From Delftia acidovorans NBRC 14950 (GTDB taxonomy: Bacteria; Pseudomonadota; Gammaproteobacteria; Burkholderiales; Burkholderiaceae_C), in the NCBI RefSeq assembly GCF_001598795.1, contig NZ_BCZP01000022.1:1-32000 (forward strand): a stretch of 32,000 nt of DNA. Reading direction: 5' to 3'. The notes beneath the pieces were generated by a model. The model made no database searches and was not told where the DNA came from. It saw only the letters and a program-made list of their open reading frames with translations. The position numbers were made by a program, and so were the translations under genes. How positions within the stretch are numbered: position 1 is the stretch's first letter; each line of letters opens with the position of its first letter. Shown here in pieces: positions 8,582 to 17,758 of this stretch.

Positions 8582-9388
8582 TCAGGCGGGCTGGCCTGCA
8601 TCCGCGCCCTGGTAGCGCGCTGCCGGCACGCCGCTGAGCGTCAGCGCCTTGACGAGATTGGCGCGCGATTGGTCAAAGTCCAGCCAGGCGGTCGTGCTGC
8701 CCAGCGTGGGAAAGCAGATGGCCTCGCCCTGGTCGAGTGCGACCAGGGCCGTATCCACCAAGGACTCGGGCGACATGAACAGGTGCTCGGGAAACGGCGC
8801 GGGCTTGCCGCCGAAGAATTCGGAGCGCACCAGGCTGGGCATCACCGCCTGCACCATGACGCCGCTGGAAGCGAGCTCGGCCTGCAGCGAGCGCGTGAAG
8901 TTCAGCACATAGGCCTTGGAGGCGCCGTAGCTGGAGGCGCCCGGCACCGGCATCACGGCCAGGATGGAGCCGATGTTGATCAGCGTGCCCCGGCCGCGCG
9001 TGGCGAACAGCCGCGCTGCCGCCAGCGACAGCCGCGTCAGTGCATGGATGTTGACCATGACCATGCGATCGACCTCGCCCGCATCCACCTGGGCGGCCGG
9101 GCCCAGGGCACCCAGGCCGGCGCAGTTCACCAGCATGCGGATGTCACGCTCACCCGACAGCAGCGCCGCCACGCGCTGCAGGCCGGCGGCGTCGGCCAGG
9201 TCGGCGGCCACCACCTCGACCTCGCGGCCATGCGCGCTGCGCAGGCGCTGCGCCAGCGCCTGCAGCCGGTCCTCGCGGCGGGCCACCAGGATCAGGGAAT
9301 GGCCCCTGGCGGCCAGGCGGTCTGCGTAGACGGCGCCAATGCCGGATGAGGCGCCAGTGACGATGGCGGTGCCTTGATGCGTGCTCAT
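8582..9388 (-). CDS. Short-chain dehydrogenase/reductase (SDR)
   Basis: Start ATG 9388 (MSTHQGTAIVTGASSGIGAVYA). TGxxxGxG cofactor motif and YGASKAY (YxxxK) catalytic motif. AGGA RBS. Confidence 0.9.
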   Translation of the reverse strand: MSTHQGTAIVTGASSGIGAVYADRLAARGHSLILVARREDRLQALAQRLRSAHGREVEVVAADLADAAGLQRVAALLSGERDIRMLVNCAGLGALGPAAQVDAGEVDRMVMVNIHALTRLSLAAARLFATRGRGTLINIGSILAVMPVPGASSYGASKAYVLNFTRSLQAELASSGVMVQAVMPSLVRSEFFGGKPAPFPEHLFMSPESLVDTALVALDQGEAICFPTLGSTTAWLDFDQSRANLVKALTLSGVPAARYQGADAGQPA

Positions 9389-9548
9389 GAAGGAAGTCCT
9401 TGCTTGAAAAGCCGTGGTTGATAGTGGCTCCAAATATAAACTCCAATCATTAGAGTTACAAGCACGCAATCCACCTTTGCGGGCCGGGCTTGCGTTTTGC
9501 TGAGACACTCCAGGCCTGCGACAACCGCGAACACACAAGGGAAACCCC

Positions 9549-10076
9549 ATGCGATCCAAGAGCTTCGAGGGCATGGCCTGCTCGATCGCCACCGCGCTGG
9601 AGGCCGTAGGCGACCGCTGGGCCATGCTGGTGCTGCGCGACCTGATGCTGGGCCTGAGCCGCTATGACGACCTGAGAAAGTCCACGGACATCACCAATGC
9701 CACGCTGACCGACCGCCTGCGCCAGCTGGAGCAGACCGGCCTGGTCGAGCGCCGCCTCTACCAAAGCGGCCCGGACCGCTACGAGTACCTGCTCACGCCC
9801 AAGGGCCGCGACCTGTCCCTGGTGATCCAGGCGCTGGCCCAGGTCGGCGACCGGTGGCGCCTGCAGCAGCAGGCCCAGCCGCCCATGCGCTTTGTGCGTG
9901 CGCAATCGGGCACGCACCTGCGGCTGGCGCTGGTGGAGGAGGAGTCGGGCCGCAGCGTGCCTTTTTCCGAGCTGCGCGTGGAGGCCGGCCCCGGCGCGGA
10001 CGACCTGACGCGCTGGCGGCTGTCCAAGCTGGCCGCGCAGGCCAGGACGCCGGCAGCGGCCCCCGGCGCGGATTGA
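9549..10076 (+). CDS. HxlR-family winged-helix transcriptional regulator, divergent from the SDR operon
   Basis: CSIATALEAVGDRWAMLVLRDLMLGLSRYDDL...TNATLTDRLRQLEQTGLVERR is typical of HxlR/MarR-like proteins. Confidence 0.9.
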   Translation: MRSKSFEGMACSIATALEAVGDRWAMLVLRDLMLGLSRYDDLRKSTDITNATLTDRLRQLEQTGLVERRLYQSGPDRYEYLLTPKGRDLSLVIQALAQVGDRWRLQQQAQPPMRFVRAQSGTHLRLALVEEESGRSVPFSELRVEAGPGADDLTRWRLSKLAAQARTPAAAPGAD

Positions 10077-10084
10077 GACCGGCC

Positions 10085-10888
10085 ATGGCCGCGCCCATAC
10101 CCGGCAAGCGCCCGCAACGCGCCCTGACCTACCGCCGCCACTGCGCGCTGGGCGGCGTGGAGATTCTCAGCGGCCATGCCGTGCAGCACCGCTATCCGCG
10201 CCACTTCCACGACACCATGGGCATTGCCGTCATCCACGGCGGGCGCGAGCTGTGCTGGAGCCGGGGCGCCGAGCGCGAGTTCACGGGTGGCGATATCGCG
10301 CTGTTCAACGCCGGCGAGATCCACGACGGGCGCCCGGGCGGCGAGCAGGGCTGGACCTACGACATGCTGCATGTCGAGCCCGCCCGCATGCACGCGCTGC
10401 TGGGCGTGCGCGATGGCTGGTTCGACGCCGTCAGCCTGCGCGACCCGCAGACCCGGGCCTGCGCCCGGCAGTTGCTGCAAGGCCCGCAGGACGGCCTGGC
10501 CGCCGACGAGGCCCTGCTGGCGCTGCTGCGCCGCGTGGTGCACAGCCCCGGCCGGCCGCATGCGCCCGATGGCGCCAGCGCGGCACTGCTGCGCGAGTTC
10601 ATCGATGCCCATGCGGACCAGGAGCTGGGCGCCGCGCGGCTGGCCGCCGTCTGCGGGCTCAGTCCCGAGCACGCCATCCGCAGCTTCAGCCGCCGCTACG
10701 GCATCACGCCCCATGCCTACCACCAGGCCCGCCGCGCCGAAAGCGCCCGCGGCCTGCTGCGCGGCACGCTGGCGCTGAGCGAGGTGGCACTGTCGCTGGG
10801 CTTCTACGACCAGAGCCATTTCTCCAACTGGTTCCGCCGCGCGCATGGCGTGGCGCCTTCGCAGTACCGCCAGGCCATGCGGCCCTGA
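10085..10888 (+). CDS. AraC-family transcriptional regulator with N-terminal cupin
   Basis: Start ATG 10085 (MAAPIPGKRPQ...). C-terminal AraC HTH LSEVALSLGFYDQSHFSNWFRRAHGVAPSQYRQ. Confidence 0.85.
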   Translation: MAAPIPGKRPQRALTYRRHCALGGVEILSGHAVQHRYPRHFHDTMGIAVIHGGRELCWSRGAEREFTGGDIALFNAGEIHDGRPGGEQGWTYDMLHVEPARMHALLGVRDGWFDAVSLRDPQTRACARQLLQGPQDGLAADEALLALLRRVVHSPGRPHAPDGASAALLREFIDAHADQELGAARLAAVCGLSPEHAIRSFSRRYGITPHAYHQARRAESARGLLRGTLALSEVALSLGFYDQSHFSNWFRRAHGVAPSQYRQAMRP

Positions 10889-10971
10889 GCGGCACGGCCT
10901 GATCAATTCCATCCAAGACCGCGCGCTGCGGCCTGCCTAAGCTGCCACTCCTCGACAGACAGGAGTGGTGG

Positions 10972-11592
10972 ATGAAGACACGGACCGTTGGATTTTTCGT
11001 CTTTGATGGCGTGGTGCTGCTGGAGTTTGCAGGGCCTTTGCAGGTGTTCGACGTGGCCGCGCGCGTGGCAGTGCGGCGCGGGCTGGCGGCCTCGCCCCCG
11101 TTTCAGCCCGTGGTGATCAGCCGCAGCGGCGCCGCCGTGCGCACGCGCGAAGGCGTGGGCATACAGGCGCAGGCCAGCCTGCAGGACCATCCCCCGCTGG
11201 ACCTGCTGATCGTGGCCGGCGGCGCGCTGCAGGCCGAACTGGCCGCGCCCGAGGTTGCCGCCTGGCTGCGGCAGGTGGCCGGCAGCAGCGAGGTGACGGG
11301 CTCCGTCTGCGTAGGCTCCTTCCTGCTGGGGCGGGCAGGGCTCCTGGACCAGCGCGAGGCCACCACGCACTTCGAGGACACGGAAGACCTGCGCGCCATT
11401 GCGCCGGCTGCCCGCGTGAGCGCCGACAGGCTGTGGATCGATGAGGGCGCCATCGTCACCTCGGGCGGGTTTGCGGCGGGCATCGACATGGCCCTGCACC
11501 TGGTGGAGCGCCTGCTGGGCGCAGAGATCGCGGCCGAGACGGCGCGCCAGCTCGAATACCGGCGGCGCAATGCCGCCGACCGGCAAGCGTGA
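10972..11592 (+). CDS. DJ-1/PfpI-family (class I glutamine amidotransferase-like) protein
   Basis: VGFFVFDGVVLLEFAGPLQVF... and a nucleophile-elbow-like segment VTGSVCVGSFLLGRAGLL. Confidence 0.8.
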   Translation: MKTRTVGFFVFDGVVLLEFAGPLQVFDVAARVAVRRGLAASPPFQPVVISRSGAAVRTREGVGIQAQASLQDHPPLDLLIVAGGALQAELAAPEVAAWLRQVAGSSEVTGSVCVGSFLLGRAGLLDQREATTHFEDTEDLRAIAPAARVSADRLWIDEGAIVTSGGFAAGIDMALHLVERLLGAEIAAETARQLEYRRRNAADRQA

Positions 11593-11599
11593 CGGAGCC

Positions 11600-12550
11600 A
11601 TGCGCATGAACGGAAAGACAAGCTACCTGGCGCTGCTGGCCGTGGGCGGGCTGATCCTGAGCCTGTCCGGCGTGGCCGTGGCTTTCAGCAGCATGGGCAC
11701 CAGCGCCATGGGCTTTTACCGCATGCTGCTGGGCGGCCTGGGGCTGGCCGGCTTTGCCCTGTGGCGGGGCCTGCGCTGGCGCATGACGCGCCAGGCCCTG
11801 CTGTACGCCTGCCTGGCAGGCGCCGCGCTGGCGCTGGACCTGTACTGGTGGCACAAGAGCATACGCATGGTGGGGCCGGGCCTGGGGGCCATCCTGACCA
11901 ACTGCCAGTCGTTCTTTCTGGCGGGGCTGGCCTGGGCGGTGTTCCGCGAGCGCATCACGGTCGTCTACTTCGTGGCGCTGGTGCTGGCGGCCACCGGCAT
12001 CCTCATGGTGTCGGGCGCGGGGCTGCCCGTGGCCTCAGGCCCGGATTCGGCGTCCGAGCACTGGTTGGGCGTGGCCCTGGGCCTGGCCTCGGCTGCGGCC
12101 TATGCGCTGTGCGTGGTCTTCATCAAGAAGGGGCAGACCCCGCCGCACGCCACGCATCCGGCCGTGAACATGGCCGTGCTGTGCGCCGCCGCCGCGCCCT
12201 GCCTGCTGGCAGCCGCGTGGCTGGAGGGCGAATCGCTGGCCATTGCCAGTGCGGCCGATTTCGGCACGCTGCTGCTGTACGGCCTGCTGGTGCAGGGCGT
12301 GGCCTGGCTCATGGTGAGCACGGCCGTGCCGCATGTGAAGGCCTCGCTGGCCGGCCTCATCCTGCTGGCCGAGCCCATAGGCACCTATGCCATCGACGTG
12401 CTGTTCTTCACCGCCCGGCCCACGCCGATGGCGCTGGCCGGCATGGCGCTGACGCTGGCGGCCATCTATGCGGGATCGACCTATGGGGGCGCGCCCTCTG
12501 GCGGAGCGCCCGCAAGGCGCATGGCGAAGGCGCAAGGCTCCGGCCACTGA
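11600..12550 (+). CDS. EamA/DMT-superfamily transporter
   Basis: Start ATG 11600 with GGAG RBS. About 10 hydrophobic segments arranged as two EamA-like halves. Confidence 0.85.
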   Translation: MRMNGKTSYLALLAVGGLILSLSGVAVAFSSMGTSAMGFYRMLLGGLGLAGFALWRGLRWRMTRQALLYACLAGAALALDLYWWHKSIRMVGPGLGAILTNCQSFFLAGLAWAVFRERITVVYFVALVLAATGILMVSGAGLPVASGPDSASEHWLGVALGLASAAAYALCVVFIKKGQTPPHATHPAVNMAVLCAAAAPCLLAAAWLEGESLAIASAADFGTLLLYGLLVQGVAWLMVSTAVPHVKASLAGLILLAEPIGTYAIDVLFFTARPTPMALAGMALTLAAIYAGSTYGGAPSGGAPARRMAKAQGSGH

Positions 12551-12568
12551 CCACGGCGGTCAGTGGCC
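12542..12568. terminator. Perfect 11-bp stem / 5-nt loop hairpin between convergent genes
   Basis: ggccactgacc-acggc-ggtcagtggcc. It overlaps the EamA stop codon (12548-12550). No U-run, so the intrinsic-terminator call is weak. Confidence 0.35.
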
Positions 12569-12591
12569 GGCCCGCTCGCTGCCTGTGCCGC

Positions 12592-13155
12592 TCACTTGGG
12601 CAGCAGCACCTTGTCGATCACGTGGATCACGCCGTTGGACTGGTAGACGTCGGGGATGGTCACCGTGGCCGTGCCGCCCTTTTCATCGGTCAGCATGATC
12701 TTGGAGCCGCTGGACTTGGCCACCAGCGTGCCGCCGCTGACGGTCTTGATGCTGGCCATTCCCTTGCCGTCCTTGATCATCTTGGACAGCGCCGCTGCAT
12801 CCCACTTGCCGGCCACCACGTGGTAGGTCAGCACAGTGGTCAGCGTGCCCTTGTTCTCGGGCTTGAGCAGGGTGTCCACCGTGCCTGCGGGCAGGGCCTC
12901 GAAGGCGGCATTGGTGGGCGCGAACACGGTGAACGGACCCGGGCCCTTGAGCGTATCGACCAGGCCCGCCGCCTTGACGGCTGCGACCAGGGTGGTGTGG
13001 TCCTTGGAGTTGACGGCGTTGTCGATGATGTCCTTGGACGGCAGCATGGGTGCGCCGCCCACCATCACATCGGCCATGGCGGCCACGGAGGCAGCCGACA
13101 TCACGATGGCCAGGCCGAACGAGGCCAGCTTGCGGGTGTTTTGAATCGAGACCAT
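12592..13155 (-). CDS. Secreted fasciclin (FAS1) domain protein
   Basis: Signal peptide KLASFGLAIVMSAASVAAMA. FAS1 motifs FTVFAPTNAAFEALP and VIHVIDKVLLP. Confidence 0.9.
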   Translation of the reverse strand: MVSIQNTRKLASFGLAIVMSAASVAAMADVMVGGAPMLPSKDIIDNAVNSKDHTTLVAAVKAAGLVDTLKGPGPFTVFAPTNAAFEALPAGTVDTLLKPENKGTLTTVLTYHVVAGKWDAAALSKMIKDGKGMASIKTVSGGTLVAKSSGSKIMLTDEKGGTATVTIPDVYQSNGVIHVIDKVLLPK

Positions 13156-13467
13156 GGAATGCTCCTAGCGGGTTGATGACAAGCCGAACGATTCCGGCTG
13201 ATCTGGATACGCAGCGCAGCGGGGTCTGGATTCAAAAAAGAAAAAGAAACGGCTGCATCCGCAAACCGTTACCTGCGCTTTCAATTGCGGCACATCCAGA
13301 CCTGCGCGGCCTGCGTACTGCCGGATAGCGGGGACGCATCCCATTCCGCTGGAGCAGGTGGCCACCTCTTCAGTGGAACGCGCTTTCGCCACACCCGTGT
13401 GCTTTCGGCCGGAGGCGCATTCTTCACGTTGACCGTTCGCGCCTGCCGCGAACCGAGAGGAACCATC

Positions 13468-14439
13468 ATGTCCGACGAATCAGTGTTGATCGGGGTTTTG
13501 CAAAAACGTGCCAAGAAGCTGGAGGACAGGCGCCAGTTCTTCCGCAAGACCAGCGGCGTGGCCGTGGGCATGGCGGGCGGGGTGATCCTGTCCGCCTGCG
13601 GCGGCGGCGGGGGCGATGCGAATGCGCAGGCCAACGGGCCCACGGATGCGGAGATCCTGAACTTCGCCCTCAACCTGGAGTATCTGGAGTCGCAGTTCTA
13701 TCACTACGCGGTGTTCGGCACCGGCCTGCCCGCCAACCTGCAGTCGGGCGTGGGCACGCAGGGCGCCATCACGGGCGGCCGTGCCGTGGCCTTCAAGGAC
13801 CCCGTGGTGGCGCAGTACGCCAAGGAGATCGCCCAGGACGAGATCGCCCACGTGGCCTTCCTGCGCGCGGCGCTGGGCTCGGCTGCGGTGGCGCAGCCGC
13901 AGATCGACATCGGCGGAACCGACCCGAACGGCGCCTTCTCGGTGGCGGCGCGAGCGGCCGGGCTGGTGGGCGCGGGCACGGCCTTCGATCCCTATGCGAG
14001 TGACGAGAACTTCCTTCTGGGGGCCTTCATCTTCGAGGACGTGGGCGTCACCGCCTACAAGGGCGCATCGCCGCTGATCACCAACAAGACCTATCTGGAG
14101 GCAGCCGCCGGCATCCTGGCCGCCGAGGCCTACCACGCAGGTCTGGTGCGCACGGTGCTGTACGCCAAGGGACTGGCCACGCCCGCGCTGCGCACGGCGG
14201 CCGGCGCCATCTCGGATGCGCGCGACAGCCTGGATGGCTCCACCGACGTGGACCAGGGCATCACGGGGGACGCCACCACGTCCAACATCGTGCCGCTGGA
14301 TGCCAACGGCATCGCTTTCAGCCGCTCGCCGGGCGACGTGCTGAACATCGTGTACCTGACCAAGGACACGGCGACCAAGGGCGGGTTCTTCCCGGCCGGC
14401 GTGAACGGCTCGCTGGTGATGAGCAGCGCCTACGCCTGA
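13468..14439 (+). CDS. Tat-exported ferritin-like-domain lipoprotein
   Basis: Start ATG 13468 with GAGAGGAA RBS. Twin-arginine motif RRQFFRK, lipobox ILSAC, and ferritin-like DAEILNFALNLEYLESQFYHY. Confidence 0.85.
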   Translation: MSDESVLIGVLQKRAKKLEDRRQFFRKTSGVAVGMAGGVILSACGGGGGDANAQANGPTDAEILNFALNLEYLESQFYHYAVFGTGLPANLQSGVGTQGAITGGRAVAFKDPVVAQYAKEIAQDEIAHVAFLRAALGSAAVAQPQIDIGGTDPNGAFSVAARAAGLVGAGTAFDPYASDENFLLGAFIFEDVGVTAYKGASPLITNKTYLEAAAGILAAEAYHAGLVRTVLYAKGLATPALRTAAGAISDARDSLDGSTDVDQGITGDATTSNIVPLDANGIAFSRSPGDVLNIVYLTKDTATKGGFFPAGVNGSLVMSSAYA

Positions 14440-14447
14440 CGCGGACT

Positions 14448-14482
14448 GCCCGCCTGCCCCGCGCCGGCCGGGGCAGGCGGGC
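14448..14482 (+). terminator. GC-rich hairpin after the ferritin-like gene (13-bp perfect stem)
   Basis: gcccgcctgcccc-gcgccggcc-ggggcaggcgggc followed only by tt, a poor U-tract. Confidence 0.4.
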
Positions 14483-14530
14483 TTCCCCGGGGCTGGCCCG
14501 AGACAAGCGTTCCCCTGCCAAGGAGTTGCC

Positions 14531-14773
14531 ATGATGTCCCTTCTGCCTTCCTCATCCGCCCCCAGCACGCCGGCTCACACTCCGGCCCGCACGCCACGGC
14601 GCCTGAAACCTGCCACCGTGGCGCGCCGCTGCGTGGGCAGCCTGATTCTGCTGGCCGGCGCGGTCATCGTGACCGGAGATCTCGTGGCGCTGTGGCGCGG
14701 CGCAGGCACTGATGCCGCACCCGCCGCCGCAGCCATGGCACCCGCCAGCGGCCTGGTGCCAACCACCCGATAG
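14531..14773 (+). CDS. Small hypothetical single-pass membrane protein upstream of mntH
   Basis: AAGGAG RBS 5 nt upstream of the ATG. One hydrophobic helix CVGSLILLAGAVIVTGDLVAL. No recognisable family. Confidence 0.4.
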   Translation: MMSLLPSSSAPSTPAHTPARTPRRLKPATVARRCVGSLILLAGAVIVTGDLVALWRGAGTDAAPAAAAMAPASGLVPTTR

Positions 14774-14818
14774 GCATCCCCCCTGCAACCGCGTGCCCCC
14801 GCCGGCGGAAAGGCCCCC

Positions 14819-16189
14819 ATGAACGACACCGTGCTTGCGGCCGAACAGGGCCGCTTCGGCGCCATCGAGCCGGACAACGGCCACGCGGGCACGCCCAGCC
14901 TGCCGCAGGTGCATCGCAGCATTGCCGTGCCGCGCGGCGACAGCCGCTCGGACAACGCGCGCCGCGTGCTGGCGTTTGCCGGGCCCGGCTACATGGTGGC
15001 CGTGGGCTACATGGACCCGGGCAACTGGGCCACCTCCATCGCGGGCGGCTCGCAGTTCGGCTACTCGCTGCTGGCGGTGATCTTTGCCTCCAACCTGATG
15101 GCCATGCTGTTCCAGGCGGCGGCCGTGCGCCTGGGCCTGGCCAGCGGGCGGGACCTGGCCCAGGCCTGCCGCGCGCAGTTTTCCCCGCGCATCAACCTGG
15201 TGCTGTGGTTCTTCTGCGAGATCGCCATCGTGGCCTGCAATCTGGCCGAGGTGCTGGGCATGGCCATCGGCCTGAACCTGCTGTTCGGCCTGCCGCTGGT
15301 GGCCGGGGTGTGCATCACGGTGGTGGATGTGATGCTGATCCTGGCGCTGCAAAGCCGGGGCTTTCGCTGCCTGGAGTCGGTGGTGATCGCCCTGGTGGCC
15401 GTGATCGGCCTGTGCTTTGCCGCCCAGCTGGTGTGGCTGCAGCCGCCCGTGGCGGCCGTGCTGCGCGGCCTGCTGCCGGGCATGGAGATCGTGGCCAATC
15501 CGCAGATGCTGTACCTGGCCGTGGGCATCGTGGGGGCCACGGTGATGCCGCACAACCTGTACCTGCATTCGTCCATCGTGCAGACACGCCGGCATGACAC
15601 CACGCCCCAGGGCACGCGGCAGGCCATCCGCTTGGCCACGCTGGACTCCACGGTGGCGCTGGGTCTGGCGCTGTTCGTGAACGCCGCCATCCTGGTGGTG
15701 GCGGCCGGCGCGTTCAACCGGCCCGGCCAGGCACCGGTGACCGAGCTGTCGGACGCCTACCACCTGCTGTCCCCGCTGCTGGGCGTGGGCATCGCCAGCG
15801 CGGTGTTCGGCGTGGCGCTGCTGGCCTCGGGGCTGAGTTCCTCGGTCACGGGCACGCTGGCCGGGCAGATCGTGATGGAGGGCTTCTTGCAGATCCGCCT
15901 GTCGCCCGCGCTGCGCGCCCTGCTGACGCGCTGCATCGCCATCGTGCCCGCCGTGGTGGCCACCGCCTGGTACGGCAGCACCGGCGCCAGCGCCCTGCTG
16001 GTGTTCAGCCAAGTGGTGTTGAGCCTGCAATTGCCGTTTGCCATCGTGCCGCTGCTGCTGTTCACCACGCGGCGCAAGACGCTGGGCGAGCTGGCCTTTG
16101 GCCCAAGGATGTCGGCGGTGCTGTGGGGCTGCGCGGCCCTGGTGGTGTCGCTGAACCTGTGGATGCTGCAGCGGCTGCTGATGGCCTGA
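14819..16189 (+). CDS. mntH: NRAMP-family divalent metal (Mn2+/Fe2+):H+ symporter
   Basis: GPGYMVAVGYMDPGNWATSIAGG (the DPGN motif), ATVMPHNLYLHSS, and about 11 transmembrane segments. Confidence 0.95.
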   Translation: MNDTVLAAEQGRFGAIEPDNGHAGTPSLPQVHRSIAVPRGDSRSDNARRVLAFAGPGYMVAVGYMDPGNWATSIAGGSQFGYSLLAVIFASNLMAMLFQAAAVRLGLASGRDLAQACRAQFSPRINLVLWFFCEIAIVACNLAEVLGMAIGLNLLFGLPLVAGVCITVVDVMLILALQSRGFRCLESVVIALVAVIGLCFAAQLVWLQPPVAAVLRGLLPGMEIVANPQMLYLAVGIVGATVMPHNLYLHSSIVQTRRHDTTPQGTRQAIRLATLDSTVALGLALFVNAAILVVAAGAFNRPGQAPVTELSDAYHLLSPLLGVGIASAVFGVALLASGLSSSVTGTLAGQIVMEGFLQIRLSPALRALLTRCIAIVPAVVATAWYGSTGASALLVFSQVVLSLQLPFAIVPLLLFTTRRKTLGELAFGPRMSAVLWGCAALVVSLNLWMLQRLLMA

Positions 16190-16274
16190 GGCGCCCTGAG
16201 GCTGTCCCGAGGTGGCCCCGGCGCCACGCGGCACCTTCATAGACGTTTTGCTTCTATCAAACGCCGCTCTTGTT

Positions 16275-16323
16275 CGTTGGTGGCTTGCCGCGAAGTTCTT
16301 AGATTGGTGCCTATAGCCACCAA
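16275..16323. promoter_or_regulatory. 10-bp inverted repeat with a third half-site upstream of the encapsulin operon (candidate operator or leader hairpin)
   Basis: gttggtggct (16275-16284) pairs with agccaccaac (16314-16323). An extra ttggtgcc sits at 16303-16310. The element lies about 30 bp upstream of the rhodanese ATG. Confidence 0.3.
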
Positions 16324-16351
16324 CCCGCGAATTCTCCGCAAGGACGACGAC

Positions 16352-16831
16352 ATGACAGCCCTCACTTTGGAAACCGCCTTGCCCCAGGCTCTGGAAGAGG
16401 CGCAGGAACACGCCCGCGCACAGGGGCTGGGCCACGCAGGCGGCGTGCGCCCGCCCGTGGCCTGGGCGCTGGTGCAGGCCGGCCAGGCCGTGCTGGTCGA
16501 TGTGCGCACGGCCGAGGAACGCAAGTTCGTCGGCCAGGTGCAGGACACCCTGCACGTGCCCTGGGCCACGGGCACGGCGCTGACGCGCAACCCGCGCTTT
16601 GCCCGCGAGCTGGAAGCGCGCCTGGCACCGCACGGCGGCAAGGAGGCCGTGGCCCTGCTGCTGTGCCGCAGCGGCAAGCGCTCGGTGCTGGCGGCCCAGG
16701 TGGCGGCCCAGGCCGGGTTCGCCCATGTGTTCAACGTGCTCGAAGGCTTCGAGGGCGAGATCGACGCGCGTCAGCAGCGCGGCAAAAACGACGGCTGGCG
16801 CTTCCACGGCCTGCCCTGGATTCAAGACTGA
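16352..16831 (+). CDS. Single-domain rhodanese sulfurtransferase (encapsulin-operon accessory)
   Basis: Start ATG 16352 (MTALTLETALPQ). LVDVRTAEERKF... and active-site loop LLCRSGKRS (C-X4-R). Confidence 0.85.
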   Translation: MTALTLETALPQALEEAQEHARAQGLGHAGGVRPPVAWALVQAGQAVLVDVRTAEERKFVGQVQDTLHVPWATGTALTRNPRFARELEARLAPHGGKEAVALLLCRSGKRSVLAAQVAAQAGFAHVFNVLEGFEGEIDARQQRGKNDGWRFHGLPWIQD

Positions 16832-16843
16832 AGGAGCACGCAG

Positions 16844-17758
16844 ATGGCCAGTTTCGACATTGCCGGACTCACCCAGAACCTGCATGCGGCGCGCCGCGAA
16901 TGGCGCGAGGCGCACGGCCGCACCCAGGAGCCCGGGGCGCGCGAGTTTCCCTCGCGCGACGCGCTTTCCACCCTCATCGACCAGCTCAAGGCAGCCCTGT
17001 TTCCCATGCGCCTGGGCCCGCACGACCTGCGCCAGGAAAGCGAGGACATCTTCGTGGCCCACCAGCTGGACTCGGCCCTGCATGCGCTGCTGGGCCAGAT
17101 ACGGTTGGAGCTGCGGCTGTCCGCGCCCCACACGGCAGCGGGCGCCGACGCCATGGCGCTGGACATCGCCCGCGCCTTTGCCGAGTCCCTGCCCCAGATC
17201 CGCCGCCTGCTCGACAGCGACGTGCTGGCCGCCTTCCAGGGCGATCCCGCCGCGCGCAGCGTGGACGAGGTGCTGCTGTGCTATCCGGGCGTGCTGGCCA
17301 TGATCCACCACCGCCTGGCCCACCAGCTGTACCTGCTGGAGCAGCCGCTGCTGGCGCGCATCGTGGCCGAGCTGTCGCATGCGCAGACGGGCATCGACAT
17401 CCACCCGGGCGCGAAGATCGGCCGGGGCTTTTTCATGGACCACGGCACGGGCGTGGTGATCGGCGAGACCGCCGTGATCGGCGAACGCGTGCGGCTGTAC
17501 CAGGCCGTCACCCTGGGCGCCAAGCGCTTTCCCACCGATGAGCACGGCCACCTGCGCAAGGGCCTGGCGCGCCACCCGGTGGTGGAGGACGACGTGGTCA
17601 TCTACGCGGGCGCCACCATCCTGGGCCGCGTCACGCTGGGGCGCGGCGCCGTCATCGGCGGCAATGTCTGGGTGACCGAGGACGTGCCGCCCGGCGCCCA
17701 CGTCACCCAGGCCCATGCGCGCGAGCACGCGCAGCAGCCCCGGGAGGTGGCCCTATGA
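16844..17758 (+). CDS. cysE: Serine O-acetyltransferase (CysE/SrpH-like)
   Basis: Left-handed beta-helix hexapeptide region GIDIHPGAKIGRGFFMDHGTGVVIGETAVIGERVRLYQAVTLG. 12-nt gap after the rhodanese gene. Confidence 0.9.
   Translation: MASFDIAGLTQNLHAARREWREAHGRTQEPGAREFPSRDALSTLIDQLKAALFPMRLGPHDLRQESEDIFVAHQLDSALHALLGQIRLELRLSAPHTAAGADAMALDIARAFAESLPQIRRLLDSDVLAAFQGDPAARSVDEVLLCYPGVLAMIHHRLAHQLYLLEQPLLARIVAELSHAQTGIDIHPGAKIGRGFFMDHGTGVVIGETAVIGERVRLYQAVTLGAKRFPTDEHGHLRKGLARHPVVEDDVVIYAGATILGRVTLGRGAVIGGNVWVTEDVPPGAHVTQAHAREHAQQPREVAL

Noticed and set aside
9854-10084. N-terminal 77-aa extension of the AraC ORF (track start 9854)
   Set aside because: It would overlap the HxlR gene almost entirely, in a different frame. 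ATG 10085 follows the HxlR stop and yields a normal cupin-AraC protein.
13468-14439. The ferritin-like protein as a possible encapsulin cargo
   Set aside because: It has a Tat signal and a lipobox, so it is exported. It is separated from the shell gene by mntH and other genes. Ferritin-like cargo belongs to Family 1 systems with C-terminal targeting peptides, whereas this shell is Family 2A with its own adjacent cargo.
14440-14818. Mn-sensing riboswitch (yybP-ykoY type) or other leader upstream of mntH
   Set aside because: I could not recognise the conserved riboswitch core. The region is better explained by a terminator-like hairpin (14448-14482) and a small RBS-preceded ORF.
16303-16316. 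TTGGTGCCTATAGC as a sigma-54 (-24/-12) promoter
   Set aside because: The GG-to-GC spacing is two nt shorter than the TGGCAC-N5-TTGC consensus, and the -12 TTGC element is absent.
14552-17728. 1058-aa minus-strand ORF
   Set aside because: It runs antisense across mntH, the rhodanese gene and cysE, all of which have clear family motifs. The translation is a Gly/Arg/His/Gln-rich artefact of GC-rich DNA.
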